From the NCBI GenBank assembly GCA_951406725.2, contig OX597818.1, positions 126,914,001-126,978,000 on the forward strand: a stretch of DNA of 64,000 bases. Direction: 5' to 3'. The translations under genes were made by a program, and so were the position numbers. Below the pieces are notes generated by a model. That model searched no databases. It saw only the letters and a list, made by a program, of their open reading frames with translations, and was not told the DNA's origin. This DNA is from Octopus vulgaris (Eukaryota). This document shows, piece by piece, positions 42,041 through 53,574 of this stretch (positions are counted from its first letter, which is position 1; the number at the start of each line of letters is the position of its first letter).

Positions 42041-43470
42041 CGACCTGATGCAGTACAAGGCACTGGCTCTTATGGCTTCTGATCTTAACTGATTGGAAGT
42101 ATTGTCACGTATATTGACTTTTCTTGGTATAAAAGATGACCTACTGCAATTATTCTGCTCAGAACCACAGATTTACTATCGGTTGTTTAACCTTAACCAG
42201 TCGAGCATGTCTCTTATTGGCTAGCGATATGTGTATCTCTGATCACGAGCAGAAGTAGTGGCGGAGCATCATAACCATGTGTTGAGAGGAATTCTTTGGG
42301 GTTTGAATAATTTACACTCAGGAAACATGGATGTTTCACTCGTCATCCTTAAAACAAACCTTATTCATGGACCTTTTGAGCGGGATAGGCCACTTGACCT
42401 GAAGGGCTTCACCTGCAAGTCATGCGCCGTTTACCTTGATATGATATCACATTGTCGTGCACATATGGTTGTGAGGAATATGCCTGGTGTACCCTTATCA
42501 GACGAGTAGTCATGATGTGTATATTGGTCTTTGTATATTTGCACCCCACTGTCACTTTTCTGCTCTTTCACTCAATATTAATTTTGCTGCCCACTTCAAT
42601 TTTTTTAGCTGCTTATTTTTCTTGAATATATTTCCGTTTAGTATTTGTAGAAAAAAAAAGATTGAAAGAAAACCAGAAAAAGAACAACAACTGAAAAACA
42701 TAGAAGACAGCTGCAAAAGAAAAAAAATGTTTTAAACACTTCTTAAAGCAAAATCAAAGCAAATAAAATATTTTAGAATAGACAAAATTTTTTAAAGTTG
42801 AAATATACAACAAAGATACTAATATAAAACTATAAATTTTAGATGAAATATATATGCGCGCTCACATGTCTGTCTGTGTGTGTGTGTGTGTGCATATGTG
42901 TGTGTTAGCGTGTGTTTGTATTTTAACCTATGAGACTCACAAAAAGTTGTTTTGCTTCGTCTGAGAAACACGTCGACGTCTCAAAAATAGCTTCTCCTTA
43001 TATAAAAGGATAAAATGCATTCGTATTAATAATCATGGTGATGATGATGCAAGAAGGAAAAACAGTGGATTCCAATGGGGAAGGGTAGATAACTTGGTAT
43101 ATAGATAGGTGGTTGCGGATGAAAAGATACTAACGGACAGAAAAAAAGAGATAAAAAGAATAGTAAAAATAAAATGAGTTTTAATTCATTGAGAATTTTT
43201 GCGTGTATGCATGCATGTATGAATGTTTCTAGTTTATACATTATATATATATATATATATTGTATATACATCCACATATATATATATTATATACATATAT
43301 ATACTCACACACGCACGTAGACAATATGTGTGTGTGTATACATACATGCATATATATATATTTATAAACGCGACTACAAGCATACATACACAATAACAAA
43401 TGTACACTTACACTCGTATGTCTGTATGTGCGAGTGCTTTTGCGTGTGTGTGTGCGTGCGCGTTTGCGTA

Positions 43471-43504
<34 letters not shown>

Positions 43505-43732
43505 TATGTACTTGTATTATGTATATACTGGTTTGATTGAACAAACATTAGAGAGAGATTTTGATAAGTGGGAATATATGCATGTTATTATTTTCACTCA
43601 GCAAAAGTTACAAAGTAATTCAAGGATAGCAAGTTTCGTATACGGCACTTGTCAAAGCTTGATAAGTGTCATGAACGAACTTCTTGTCCATCGATTCATT
43701 TCATAACTCATACCGATTAAAAATAATGAGAT

Positions 43733-43802
<70 letters not shown>

Positions 43803-43814
43803 TCATACATATAT

Positions 43815-43979
43815 AGACGGAGGGGTGATTGTGTAGGAAGAAGCTTGCTTCCCAACAACTTGTTTTCGGGATCTGTTTCACTGTGTGGTACCTTGGGCAG
43901 GTGTCTTCTACTTTTGCATCAGGCCAAACGGAAACTAAACGAAGCTCGACGTGTATGTGTGTGCGTTCATGCGTGTTTG

Positions 43980-44018
<39 letters not shown>

Positions 44019-44203
44019 TGAGTGTTTGTTTCACCATCATCACTTGACAATCCGTGCTGGTGTGATTACGTCCCCGAATTCTAGCGGCTCCGCAAAAAGA
44101 CACCGATAGAGTAAGTACTAGACTGAAAAATAAGTCCTGAGGTCGAATTGTTCGACAAAAGCACTTTCTTATCAATGCTGAAACAAGTAAAAGAATAAAA
44201 GAA
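43815..44203 (+). mobile_element. SINE family B copy
   Basis: aagaagcttgcttcccaa...ccttgggcaggtgtcttcta...cacttgacaatcc...ctgaaacaagtaaaagaataaaaga. Confidence 0.85.
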
Positions 44204-44229
44204 TATGTGTGTGTGTGTGTGTGTGTGTA

Positions 44230-44261
<32 letters not shown>

Positions 44262-44391
44262 TGTGTGTGTGTATAAATATTCGAAATGTATAGTATTAAA
44301 TATCCATCATGGCTGATCTTACCAATCTGTTTCGCGTAAAGAATACAATGTAGTGTTACGTAACAAACCGATTATATAACTCGTCAACATA

Positions 44392-45681
44392 CGAGGGGTG
44401 TATGAAAAGTCTTGAGCCTCAGAAAAACAAAGCATAGTGCAAGACTTCTGATGATTTATTTCTCAACATAGTCCCCCTCGATGGCTGGACACTTTCTCCA
44501 GCAGTGCTGAAGCGCCATTATCCCGGCGTACAGGAACTCTTTTGTTTGAGACTCCGACAAACTTCCTATAGAGTCTATCACGTCATTGTCACTGGCAAAA
44601 TGGCAACCAGCCAGGGCTTTTTTTCATTTTGGGGAATAGATGAAAGTCAGAGAGGGCTAAGTCTGGCGAATAAGGCAAATGAGGAACAAGTTCGTATTCG
44701 CAATCATGAATTCTTGCCATGGCAACCACTGAGGTGTTGGCTGGAGCATTGTCGTGATGAAAAAGGACTCCTCTCGTGAGCATTCCCTGCCTTTTTTCTT
44801 TGAGTGCTTTTTGGAGGCGTTTCTGTAGCTGAGAATAATACAGCCCTGTCACAGTGTCACCCTTTTTAAGGTAATCGATCAGCAAGACACCTTGAGAATA
44901 AAAAAAACTGACGCCATGACCATGCCAGCTGAAAGAATGACCCTGGCCTTCTTTGGGATAGAAGATGTGTGCTTCCACTGCTTTGATTGTTCTTTGGTTT
45001 CAGGCTGGTAGTAATGAACCCAAATTTCGTCCATAGTAATGAAACATGCAAGAAAATTCTCTTCATCGGCTTCAAACAGTTCCAGATTGCTCGTTGACAA
45101 AGTGCACCTGGTGCATTTCTGTTCAGAAGTCAAAAGGAGACAGACTCACCTTGCAGAAACCTTTGAGAACCCAAGTTCTTTTGTCACAATGTTGTCTGCT
45201 CTTTCAGTTGAGATACCCAGTCTCACGTCTATCTAGCGACGTGATATTCGACAATCTTGCATTATCATACCAAGAACAAGGTCAATGTTGTCCTTGGTGG
45301 TTGCAGTTGGAGGTCTCCATAGTCTGGGATCATCTTCCACACTCTCCCTGCCACACTGGAATTCATTTACCCAGCATTTGACTGTTGCATATGAAGGAGC
45401 ATTGGCTGTTAAAGTTCTCATCATATCTTCATGGATTTCTGACGGAATCATGCCTTTCAAATGAAGGTACTTTATGACAGCACGATACTCAGTACTCTTC
45501 ATTTTCCTTATAACCTCGACATTTGTTTATTCAAAAATCTGCAACAAAGAAAATTTAAATATGACAATCATGAAAATGAGCACGAATACTCCGAAAAGAC
45601 CGTACTTCCCAGACAAAATGGTTTCAGCTACCTGGCAGCCCCGTTTCTGAGTTAGGCTCAAAACCTTTCATACACCCCTCG
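44392..45681 (-). mobile_element. Full-length mariner element with frameshifted transposase (ATG at 45502)
   Basis: 28-bp TIRs cgaggggtgtatgaaaagtcttgagcct / aggctcaaaacctttcatacacccctcg, TA TSD; motifs ITMDEIWVHYY, HHDNAPA, YSPDLALSD (DD34D type). Confidence 0.95.
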
Positions 45682-45719
45682 TATATATATATTTAAGCAC
45701 ATGGAAAGAACTTCGAAGA

Positions 45720-45988
45720 GATTGAACCAACGAAATAACGCAGATTTCTCACCTCTATGTTCCTATAGAAATACACAGACACAGCTCGCCTCTCATCAAA
45801 TCACACTCGCATTGATGGACAATAATGGTATCACACCTTTATATCTGGAAGTTGTATTCAAACACTACGTCGTGGTGACTTTGGTGTTGTTCCTGGATTC
45901 AGTGAAATTCGATATCAAAAACTATGATAATATGACACCATTACTTGAAGCTGTGTTCGAGGATCACTTCGGAGTAATTCATAAGTTG

Positions 45989-45995
<7 letters not shown>
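45720..45995 (+). pseudogene. Isolated degenerate ankyrin-repeat fragment
   Basis: DNNGITPLYLEV..KHYVVV.LVL....FDIKNYDNMTPLLEAV..DHFGVIHKLI: two TPL motifs spaced about 34 aa apart. Confidence 0.55.
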
Positions 45996-46014
<19 letters not shown>

Positions 46015-46028
<14 letters not shown>

Positions 46029-46450
46029 TAAAGATGGGAAATGCGCACACTTATATAATTCTTAATTTATCTTATATTGTGTTTGTCGACCGGTTTCGCT
46101 ATCGCTAATTATGGCATTAAAATTTATATAAATAGGTATTGAGAAAAGTCTTTTTGTCCATGTTGTGTGGAGTTTATGAATCTAAGGGGAGGTAATTGGT
46201 TGTCCACAATAATAACGATAACCAATTACCACTCCTTAGATTGTTCTACTTGCTGAATCATTCATTTATAAACTCCCCACGCAACATGAAAAAAAAATTG
46301 TTTTCTTAAGAAAATACGTATTCAAATAAACTTTAATGTCATGATTAGCGAAAGCGAAACCGTCGATTAACACGATATAAAATATATAAAAAATTATGTT
46401 AAAACTATGTAAAGTGTGTGCATTTTCCTTCTTTAATTTCTTATATATAT
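46015..46450. mobile_element. Diverged foldback (arms ~46015-46180 and ~46262-46450) with degenerate minimal hammerheads; probable PLE terminus
   Basis: Arms are reverse complements; each carries gc-gaaa/gata-gc-GAAA-ccg(g)-TC; extra central hairpin at 46179-46243. Confidence 0.65.
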
Positions 46451-46482
46451 TACAACTCACCACGTGGGGGTAATCGAAATTC

Positions 46483-47445
46483 GGTTCTTTTCAATTGTGT
46501 GGCCAGGAGCCCAGATCTTTCTACTTAACTAAATAATTTGAAACTTCGTATGCTGGTACAGTGTTTCAAAACAAGACACAGGTTGGAACTAGTTTATTTG
46601 AGAAAAATCTATTTTATGACTTTAATCGTAGATTAAAACTGCGAATTTTAACCAATGAGATTGCTTGTTTTCATATTTAATACGTTACTGCATTTTGTTA
46701 GTGTGACGTAGAAAGATACACACATAGATACACACACACACACACATACATACACACACATACATACATACATAGATACATACACACACACACATACATA
46801 CAGATACACATACACCGAGTATTCACTCGAAAAAACTAAACACTGAATCGGCCATACATACATGTGTGACACACACACACACACACATAGATACACACAC
46901 ATACATACATAGATACATACACACACACATACATACACACACATACATACATAGATACATACACACACACACACACATACATACAGATACACATACACCG
47001 AGTATTCACTCGAAAAAACTAAACACTGAATCGGCCATACATACATACATACATACACACACATACATACACACACATACACACACACACACACACATAC
47101 ATAGATACATACACACATACATACATACATTCATATATATACACATACACCGAGTAAAAAATTTCATCGTTATTGTTTTGTTTACATTTGTTTACATACC
47201 ATATGTTTACTACGTCACCAAATTGGTGGTCGAGACGGAGTAAATAATATGAAGCCGAAAGACGGAATACCATTGGTTAAAATTCTAATTATTAAACAAT
47301 GTTAAACTTAGAAGTTACAATTCCGTTTTCATTCTGGTTTACAATTAAGTTTACTTTTGACACATTCTACCAGTATACGAAGTTTCAAATTGTTTGGTTC
47401 AGTAGGAAACATTTTGAAAAACTGGCTTCACAAATGAAAAGATCC
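46483..47445. mobile_element. Merlin-like non-autonomous DNA element
   Basis: Exact 8-bp TSD cgaaattc (46475-46482, 47446-47453); ~110-bp imperfect TIRs ggttcttttc... / ...gaaaagatcc; internal microsatellite-embedded ~185-bp duplication. Confidence 0.8.
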
Positions 47446-47551
47446 CGAAATTCTTCACTTTCTGTAACTATATATATATGTCATGCATACGAGTGCGGCC
47501 ATACTGGGGTACCGCCTCCAAGTTGTATACGTCTGCTTGTGTGTACGTGTG

Positions 47552-47595
<44 letters not shown>

Positions 47596-47599
<4 letters not shown>

Positions 47600-47967
47600 C
47601 AATTAAAAACAAACAGAGAGAAAGAAAAAAAAACGACGTTTGGACGTGGCACAAACAATGTATTAATGAGGCGCTCAGAGAAGGAAAATTTTACGTTTCG
47701 AGCATAGTTCTCCTTCGGAAACAGGAACAAACAGGGAAGTCCTAGACAAAGGAGGGGAAAAAAATCACGTGCGGTTATATTTGGGAAGTAAGTGACCGGA
47801 AGTAGGAATGAAGAAAAAATGCTTTCTGGAATAGTAAAGTGGAAAACGGTCAGTATACCAGTGTGCGCGTGCATGTGTGGTGGTTAGTGGTGTCTGCGTT
47901 AGCGTGTGTATGTATCGTAGCGTGTGTGCGTAGTCTGTGTGTTTATGTTTGTGTGCGTAGTCTGAGC

Positions 47968-48014
<47 letters not shown>

Positions 48015-49135
48015 TGTGTGTGTGGTAGGATCAGTGCGCGCGTGTGTGAGTGTGTATATGGTTGGGTATTAATGTCGCTCTGAGAGATCAGCAGCTATAG
48101 TGACAGGTGTGTGAATGGGTGCATGTGGCAGTGTGTGTTCATGTTTGCGTGTGTGCGTACATGGAAGGGTCAATAGTGAGTCAGAGGTAATTAGAAGAGG
48201 GTGTGAGACTGGGTGTGTATGGCCGTAGAGGGGTGAGAAAGAGTGTGTATGGGTGCGTTGATGTAGCCAAGGGCTGGGTGTTATTGTGCAGGCGTGTGTT
48301 TGTGTGCATGTGTATATGAGTGTGTGTTTGTGTGTGCTCATGTGTGTGCTCATGTGTGTGTGCGAGTGCGCGCGTGTGTGTGTGTGTGTGCGAGCGTGTG
48401 CGCTTGCGCGCGGATCTGTGGTGTGTGGTATTAGGAATATAAAAAATAAGAAATAATACAAATAAATAGTGAAAAATATAAATGATGAAAATGAAAAATT
48501 CAAATAATATATAATAAAATAACAAATAATGGAAAATGAAATATTAAAATTATTAATGATAAAAAAAGGGAAAAGGATTAAGTGAATAAATCAGAAATTC
48601 GGTAACAGAAATAGGATCAGTAATAAAAATTACAATTATAAAAAAAATTACTTAAAAATTATAAAATTTTTTTTTAATTATGAAATTATAAAATTATTAT
48701 GAAGATTTATTAAGAATTATTTTTAAATGTTATAAAAATAATAAAGAAAAATAAAGGAATAAACAAATGAATATAAAAAGGGGGTAGTAAGATTGAGTAA
48801 AAAAGCTTTTTTAAAACGGGTTTGTGGGGAAAGTCACTGAGAGGATGGGGTTGTGTTGAGTCCGGAATTCGTTTGGATACGTAGAGCGAAAATGCAAAGA
48901 TTGCACCTGGTGTAGTAAATGACGCTTGAATAAGTGCACGAAGAGTTCCTAATGTAGAAGGTGTGCTTGTTGGATTCAGGTGAGAGAAGTGGTGTGGGTG
49001 AGGAAAGGTCTGGAGTAAGGGAAAGATCCGGGTTGGGTTGGAATAGATCCGGGTTGGGTTGGAATAGAGGGGTTAGCTACGGACCAGTGGGTCACGTAGG
49101 TTATACGACTTGAGATGTTTACCTTGCCTTAATGT
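47596..49135 (-). mobile_element. Penelope-like (Neptune-type) remnant with deleted GIY-YIG core and terminal hammerhead relic
   Basis: YNLRDPLVRS; HTFYIRNSSCTYSSVIYYTRCNLC joined to IFALR...GLNT; minus strand ttt-CCGAAGG-a-gaactatgctc-GAAA-cg-TA-aaa at ~47690-47722. Confidence 0.7.
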
Positions 49136-49489
49136 TTGTTGTCCTCTTTAACAGTTATATATCCACTGCATCGGAAATCTGCAAATGCTCCATAACTACC
49201 GCCTCGGCTATAACCTTGGAGACCTAGTAATCCGTTACAGCATTTACCTAGCGTACGTAATCGTTTAGATCACCTGTGAACTAAACCCCCGCATACTTTG
49301 TACATATACACACACACACACATATATGTACTATGTATGTATGTGTGTGTATGTGTGTGTGTGATAGAAATGGTAAGACAACAAAAGAATGAAAGAGACC
49401 CCGATATTATGTAAATACGGGAATTTTTCTGTAAATGTAATATGTGACAATTATTCGGTGGCCATGATAAAATTTATATATTTTCTGCC

Positions 49490-49529
<40 letters not shown>

Positions 49530-49557
49530 ATGTGTGTATGTGTGTGTGTTGTGTGTG

Positions 49558-49626
<69 letters not shown>

Positions 49627-50297
49627 GAGGGTGAGCTTTGAGTGTGCGCATTCATATTTCTATAAATATGTATGTGTGTGTATATATATACGTGTATGCG
49701 TGTATGTGTAGGTATATATATATATACATATATGTATATATATACACACGAGTGTATGTGTATTTGTATGTGTATGTGTGTGTATGTGTGTGTGTATGTG
49801 TGTGTACCTCTAAAACATTAACTTTATTAGGTGGTCTCTATATTTTAAATGATATTTTACATTTTTTTAAATGAAAAGCTATATTTTCGGCTCCAAATAT
49901 TGCTTTAACAGCGTTTGTAATTATATACTTGTGGGTCAACTGAATATGTGCGAGTGATATACTGGTGAAGTTATACCCAATATTTAAATCTCGTGCCTTC
50001 ACTGTCGCTATTATATCTAATCTGGATAAAATAGACTCTAATCATAATCAGAACCGGTAAAGAACACGACTAATTCAACAGTAAATAGCTCCTGCATGAT
50101 TATAGATGCACGTTTCAGTGACCCGGTTTTATTTTTAAATATTTCGATACAACTATAGTTATAGTTCGATGTATTTTTCTGTTCTGGTAAACTCCACACG
50201 CTTATACATACATACATACATACATACATACATGTATGTATGTATGTATGTATGTATGTATGTATGTATGTATGTATGTATGTATGTATGTACGTAT

Positions 50298-50461
50298 ACG
50301 TTTTTACGTTCTGAGTTCAAATTCCGCCGAGGTCGACTTTGCCTTTCATCCTTTCGGGGTCGATGAATTAAGTACCAGTTACGCACTGGGGTTGATGTAA
50401 TCTGTTTATCTGTCCTTGTTTGTCCCCTTTGTGTGTAGCCCCTTGTGGGTAGTAAAGAAAT
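50298..50461 (+). mobile_element. 5'-truncated SINE family A copy with L1/Tx1-like tail, between opposite-polarity (TATG)n/(CATA)n tracts
   Basis: Matches 17910-18072. Confidence 0.9.
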
Positions 50462-50619
50462 ACATACATACATGCATACATACATACATGCATACATACA
50501 TACATACACACATACATACATACATGCATGCATACATACATACATACATACATACATACATACATACATACATACATACATACATACATACATTCATACA
50601 TACATACATACAAACATAC

Positions 50620-50830
50620 TTTTATTCTTTTACTTGTTCCAGTCATCTGACTGCGGCCATGCTGAAGCACCACCTTGAAGGATTTTAGTTGAACAATTTG
50701 ACCCCAGGACTTATTTTATAGTTTGATATTTCTTCTATCGGTGTCTTTTGCAAAACCGCTAAGTTACGGAGATGTAAACACACCAACACCGGTTGTCAAG
50801 CAGTAATGGGGGGACAAACATGACACAAAG
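50620..50830 (-). mobile_element. SINE family B 3' half
   Basis: ttttacttgttccagtcatctgactgcggccatgctg...ccgctaagttacgg...ccggttgtcaagc. Confidence 0.85.
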
Positions 50831-50848
50831 ACACACATGCATAGATTT

Positions 50849-50882
<34 letters not shown>

Positions 50883-51078
50883 ACATATAAATTAATCAAA
50901 GGACATACTAAGTATGTCTACCTGCTGGAAATAACAGTCAAAACTTTTATTTAAATCGCCAAAATACACTGATAATAACTACAAAAATCAACTGTCCACA
51001 GACAAACGGGCTAAGAGAATTTCTCAGCATACACACAAGTATTTGGACTCACGTGGGCCGGTTTCTGAATTGGCATAA

Positions 51079-51410
51079 TAGCCTCACCTCCTCAGCACGC
51101 ATTACCGTGATAGAGAGCCCCAACCCGTCTTGCCGAAGTCTGCACTGCAACTGATTCGCTTTGCACCGAAATCGTGGCAACAACAAGTGTGAAAATAATT
51201 TCAATACGGAGCAAATAATTCACGAGAAAAATAATTTACGAAAAAATAATTTGCGAAGATATCATTGACTCTATTATTATCTAGTGTAACAGTTTAAAAA
51301 TGATAATTACAGAATCAATACGGAGCAAAACGAATCAGTTACAGCGCAAAATCAACACGACGGGTTGGAGCTCACTATCATGGTAACGCCCGCTGAGGAA
51401 GGTGAGGCTA
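51079..51410. mobile_element. MITE with ~90-bp TIRs and TAG...CTA termini (possibly Academ-like)
   Basis: tagcctcacctcctcagc..ttaccgtgatag.gagc.ccaacccgtc..actgattcg mirrored at 51320-51410; TSD ambiguous. Confidence 0.8.
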
Positions 51411-51449
51411 TTATTGTCTTAGCTCCGTATTGAAATTATATATATATAT

Positions 51450-51587
51450 ACGACGGGTTTATTTCAGTTTCCTTCTACAAAATCCACTCACGAGGCTTTG
51501 GTCGGCCCGAGGCTATAGTAGCAGACACCTGGGCAGATGTACTGAACCTGCATCCATGTGGTTAGGAAGCAAGCTCCTTACCACACA
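51450..51587 (-). mobile_element. SINE family B head
   Basis: tttcagtttcc..aaatccactcacgaggctttggtcggcccgaggctatagtag...gaagcaagctccttaccac. Confidence 0.85.
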
Positions 51588-52437
51588 ATGTGTGTATGCG
51601 TCTGTGTGTGTGTGAGAGAGAGAGGGGGGGGGGGGGGGAGAGTGAGTGAGAGAGAAACAAAAGGTCCATTGTCAAGTAGTTATAATGTTGCAATCATGAT
51701 CGTAAGATCACTGCTTCGTGGTTTTGAATTCCTTCAGCGGCGTTGCGTTGTGTTATTCAAAACACTTCATTTCACGTTAGACCAGTCTACTTGCATTTCG
51801 GTATCTCACCATTAGCATTCATTACCAACAAGCATTCACGCCATAGAAACACACCAAACTGCACACAAGTGATTGTGTAATGCACCTACAGGAGCGCGTA
51901 CACACACACACACACACATCAACGCGCAATTCTAACGTACTCATACAATGAATATTATTACTCCCATCTTTTCTTTTCTCTCTATTTCTCTCCTCCCCTC
52001 TCTCTCACTGTTTGATGCACACACTTCACTGTACTTCTTGAAAGATAAATATTTGCTCTCACACATACATACATGCACGCACGCATACATGATATGCATG
52101 CTTGCTGAAAAGCCCGTACGAATTTGGGCATACATTCTCTGCCACCACCTCTCAAAAATCACCAAATTACGAAATTGTAATAATTGGGAATGCCTGCGTC
52201 TTTTGTCTCTTCACTTTAGAATGTATCCCAACTTATAAGAATGCTTTCATATGCATGCGTAAGATTTTCGAAAGTACGATTTCAAACTTTGTTACGCAAA
52301 CAATTAAATTCAAGATGATTGTTAAATAACGTCACTTTCTAACAGACAAATTATTACAGCACCACATAAAGCCCTACGGCAGCAGTTAATTACAACACCC
52401 ACATCTGCGATGGTTTTGCTGCTACATACAGATGCGA

Positions 52438-52740
52438 ATGCGCGTGGTTTAGTTGTTATGGTATCCGGTCAACGATCATGAGGTTATGAGCTCGACACCC
52501 GGTAGTATGTTGTGTGCTTTAGCCAGGCACTTTATTTCCACTCAGCTAAGAAAATGAGTAGGACCTGTATTTCAAAGGGCCAGTCTAGTCACATTGTGTG
52601 TCACGCTGAATCTCCCTAAGAACTACGTTAAGTGTACGCGTTTGTGGTGTGCTCAGTTACTTACAGGTTAATTTCACGAGCAGGCTGTTCCGTTGATCGG
52701 ATCAGCTGGAACACTCGTCGTTGTAATCAACGGATTGACA
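52438..52740 (+). mobile_element. SINE family C full-length copy (tRNA-like head, CORE-like block)
   Basis: gcgcgtggtttagttgtta (box A-like), gagctcgacaccc (box B-like), gttgtgtgctttagccaggcacttt. Confidence 0.75.
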
Positions 52741-53574
52741 GTCACATACAGAAACATACTGGTTTGCACCCAAAAACAAAAAATACTTACTCGATTGTTT
52801 GGTTTGAAATAGCCTTCAAAATAATCCTAACTCTGACCCAGAAATATGGTGTCTTCTCGTTGTCGTTTTTACTCCTACTCTAATTTCATCTGTTCCTTCA
52901 AACTTACTGGTTTCGTGTCACCTCCACTTAGACACTCACACCTCGTCTCACTTCCTTCGGTCACCCATTTTGTGTCTTATTTCATAAGGCCCGTTGTAAC
53001 TATTACATACAGTCCCTTCTTCCCCATAACATCGACCATTTAGAATTCTCTCTCTGAACATTTTTTTTTCTGCAGGTGTCGAAGCGTCTGTGAATGTTAT
53101 TGACACAGCTTCTCACCTCAATCGAAGTTAATGAAAATGAAAATTTTTAAAAATACAATTTGGCAGTAAAAAGCCTCTGAAAACACCGGAAAATTTCACA
53201 AAAGTTTAGTTAGGACTTTTGTTTTCCCTACCACCCAAACGTTTATTTTGTTTTGCAACTGTTGATTTGCAACGTTTTAAATGGAACATTGACAGCATCT
53301 ATCTAATTGACTCTGGAAGGCCTGTATAGGCCACCGGCTCAGCTATTTCGTAAACATTCACTGATTGCTTCACGTTCTCACTAATTATATTGTTCACCAG
53401 CTAGAGATGACACGCACTAAAAAATAAAATAGAGCAAAACTAAATACAAATAAAACATCAGACCCTTGGATATACAGAAAAATGACAGCAAAAAACTGTC
53501 AGTTCTAAAAGCGATTCTCTAGCATCTTTCCGGTTGTAATGACTGAATCAAACTAATGGATATACGTACATGCA

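Noticed and set aside
53060-53150. Strong splice acceptor ttttttttttctgcag|G
   Set aside because: No recognisable reading frame or convincing donor follows
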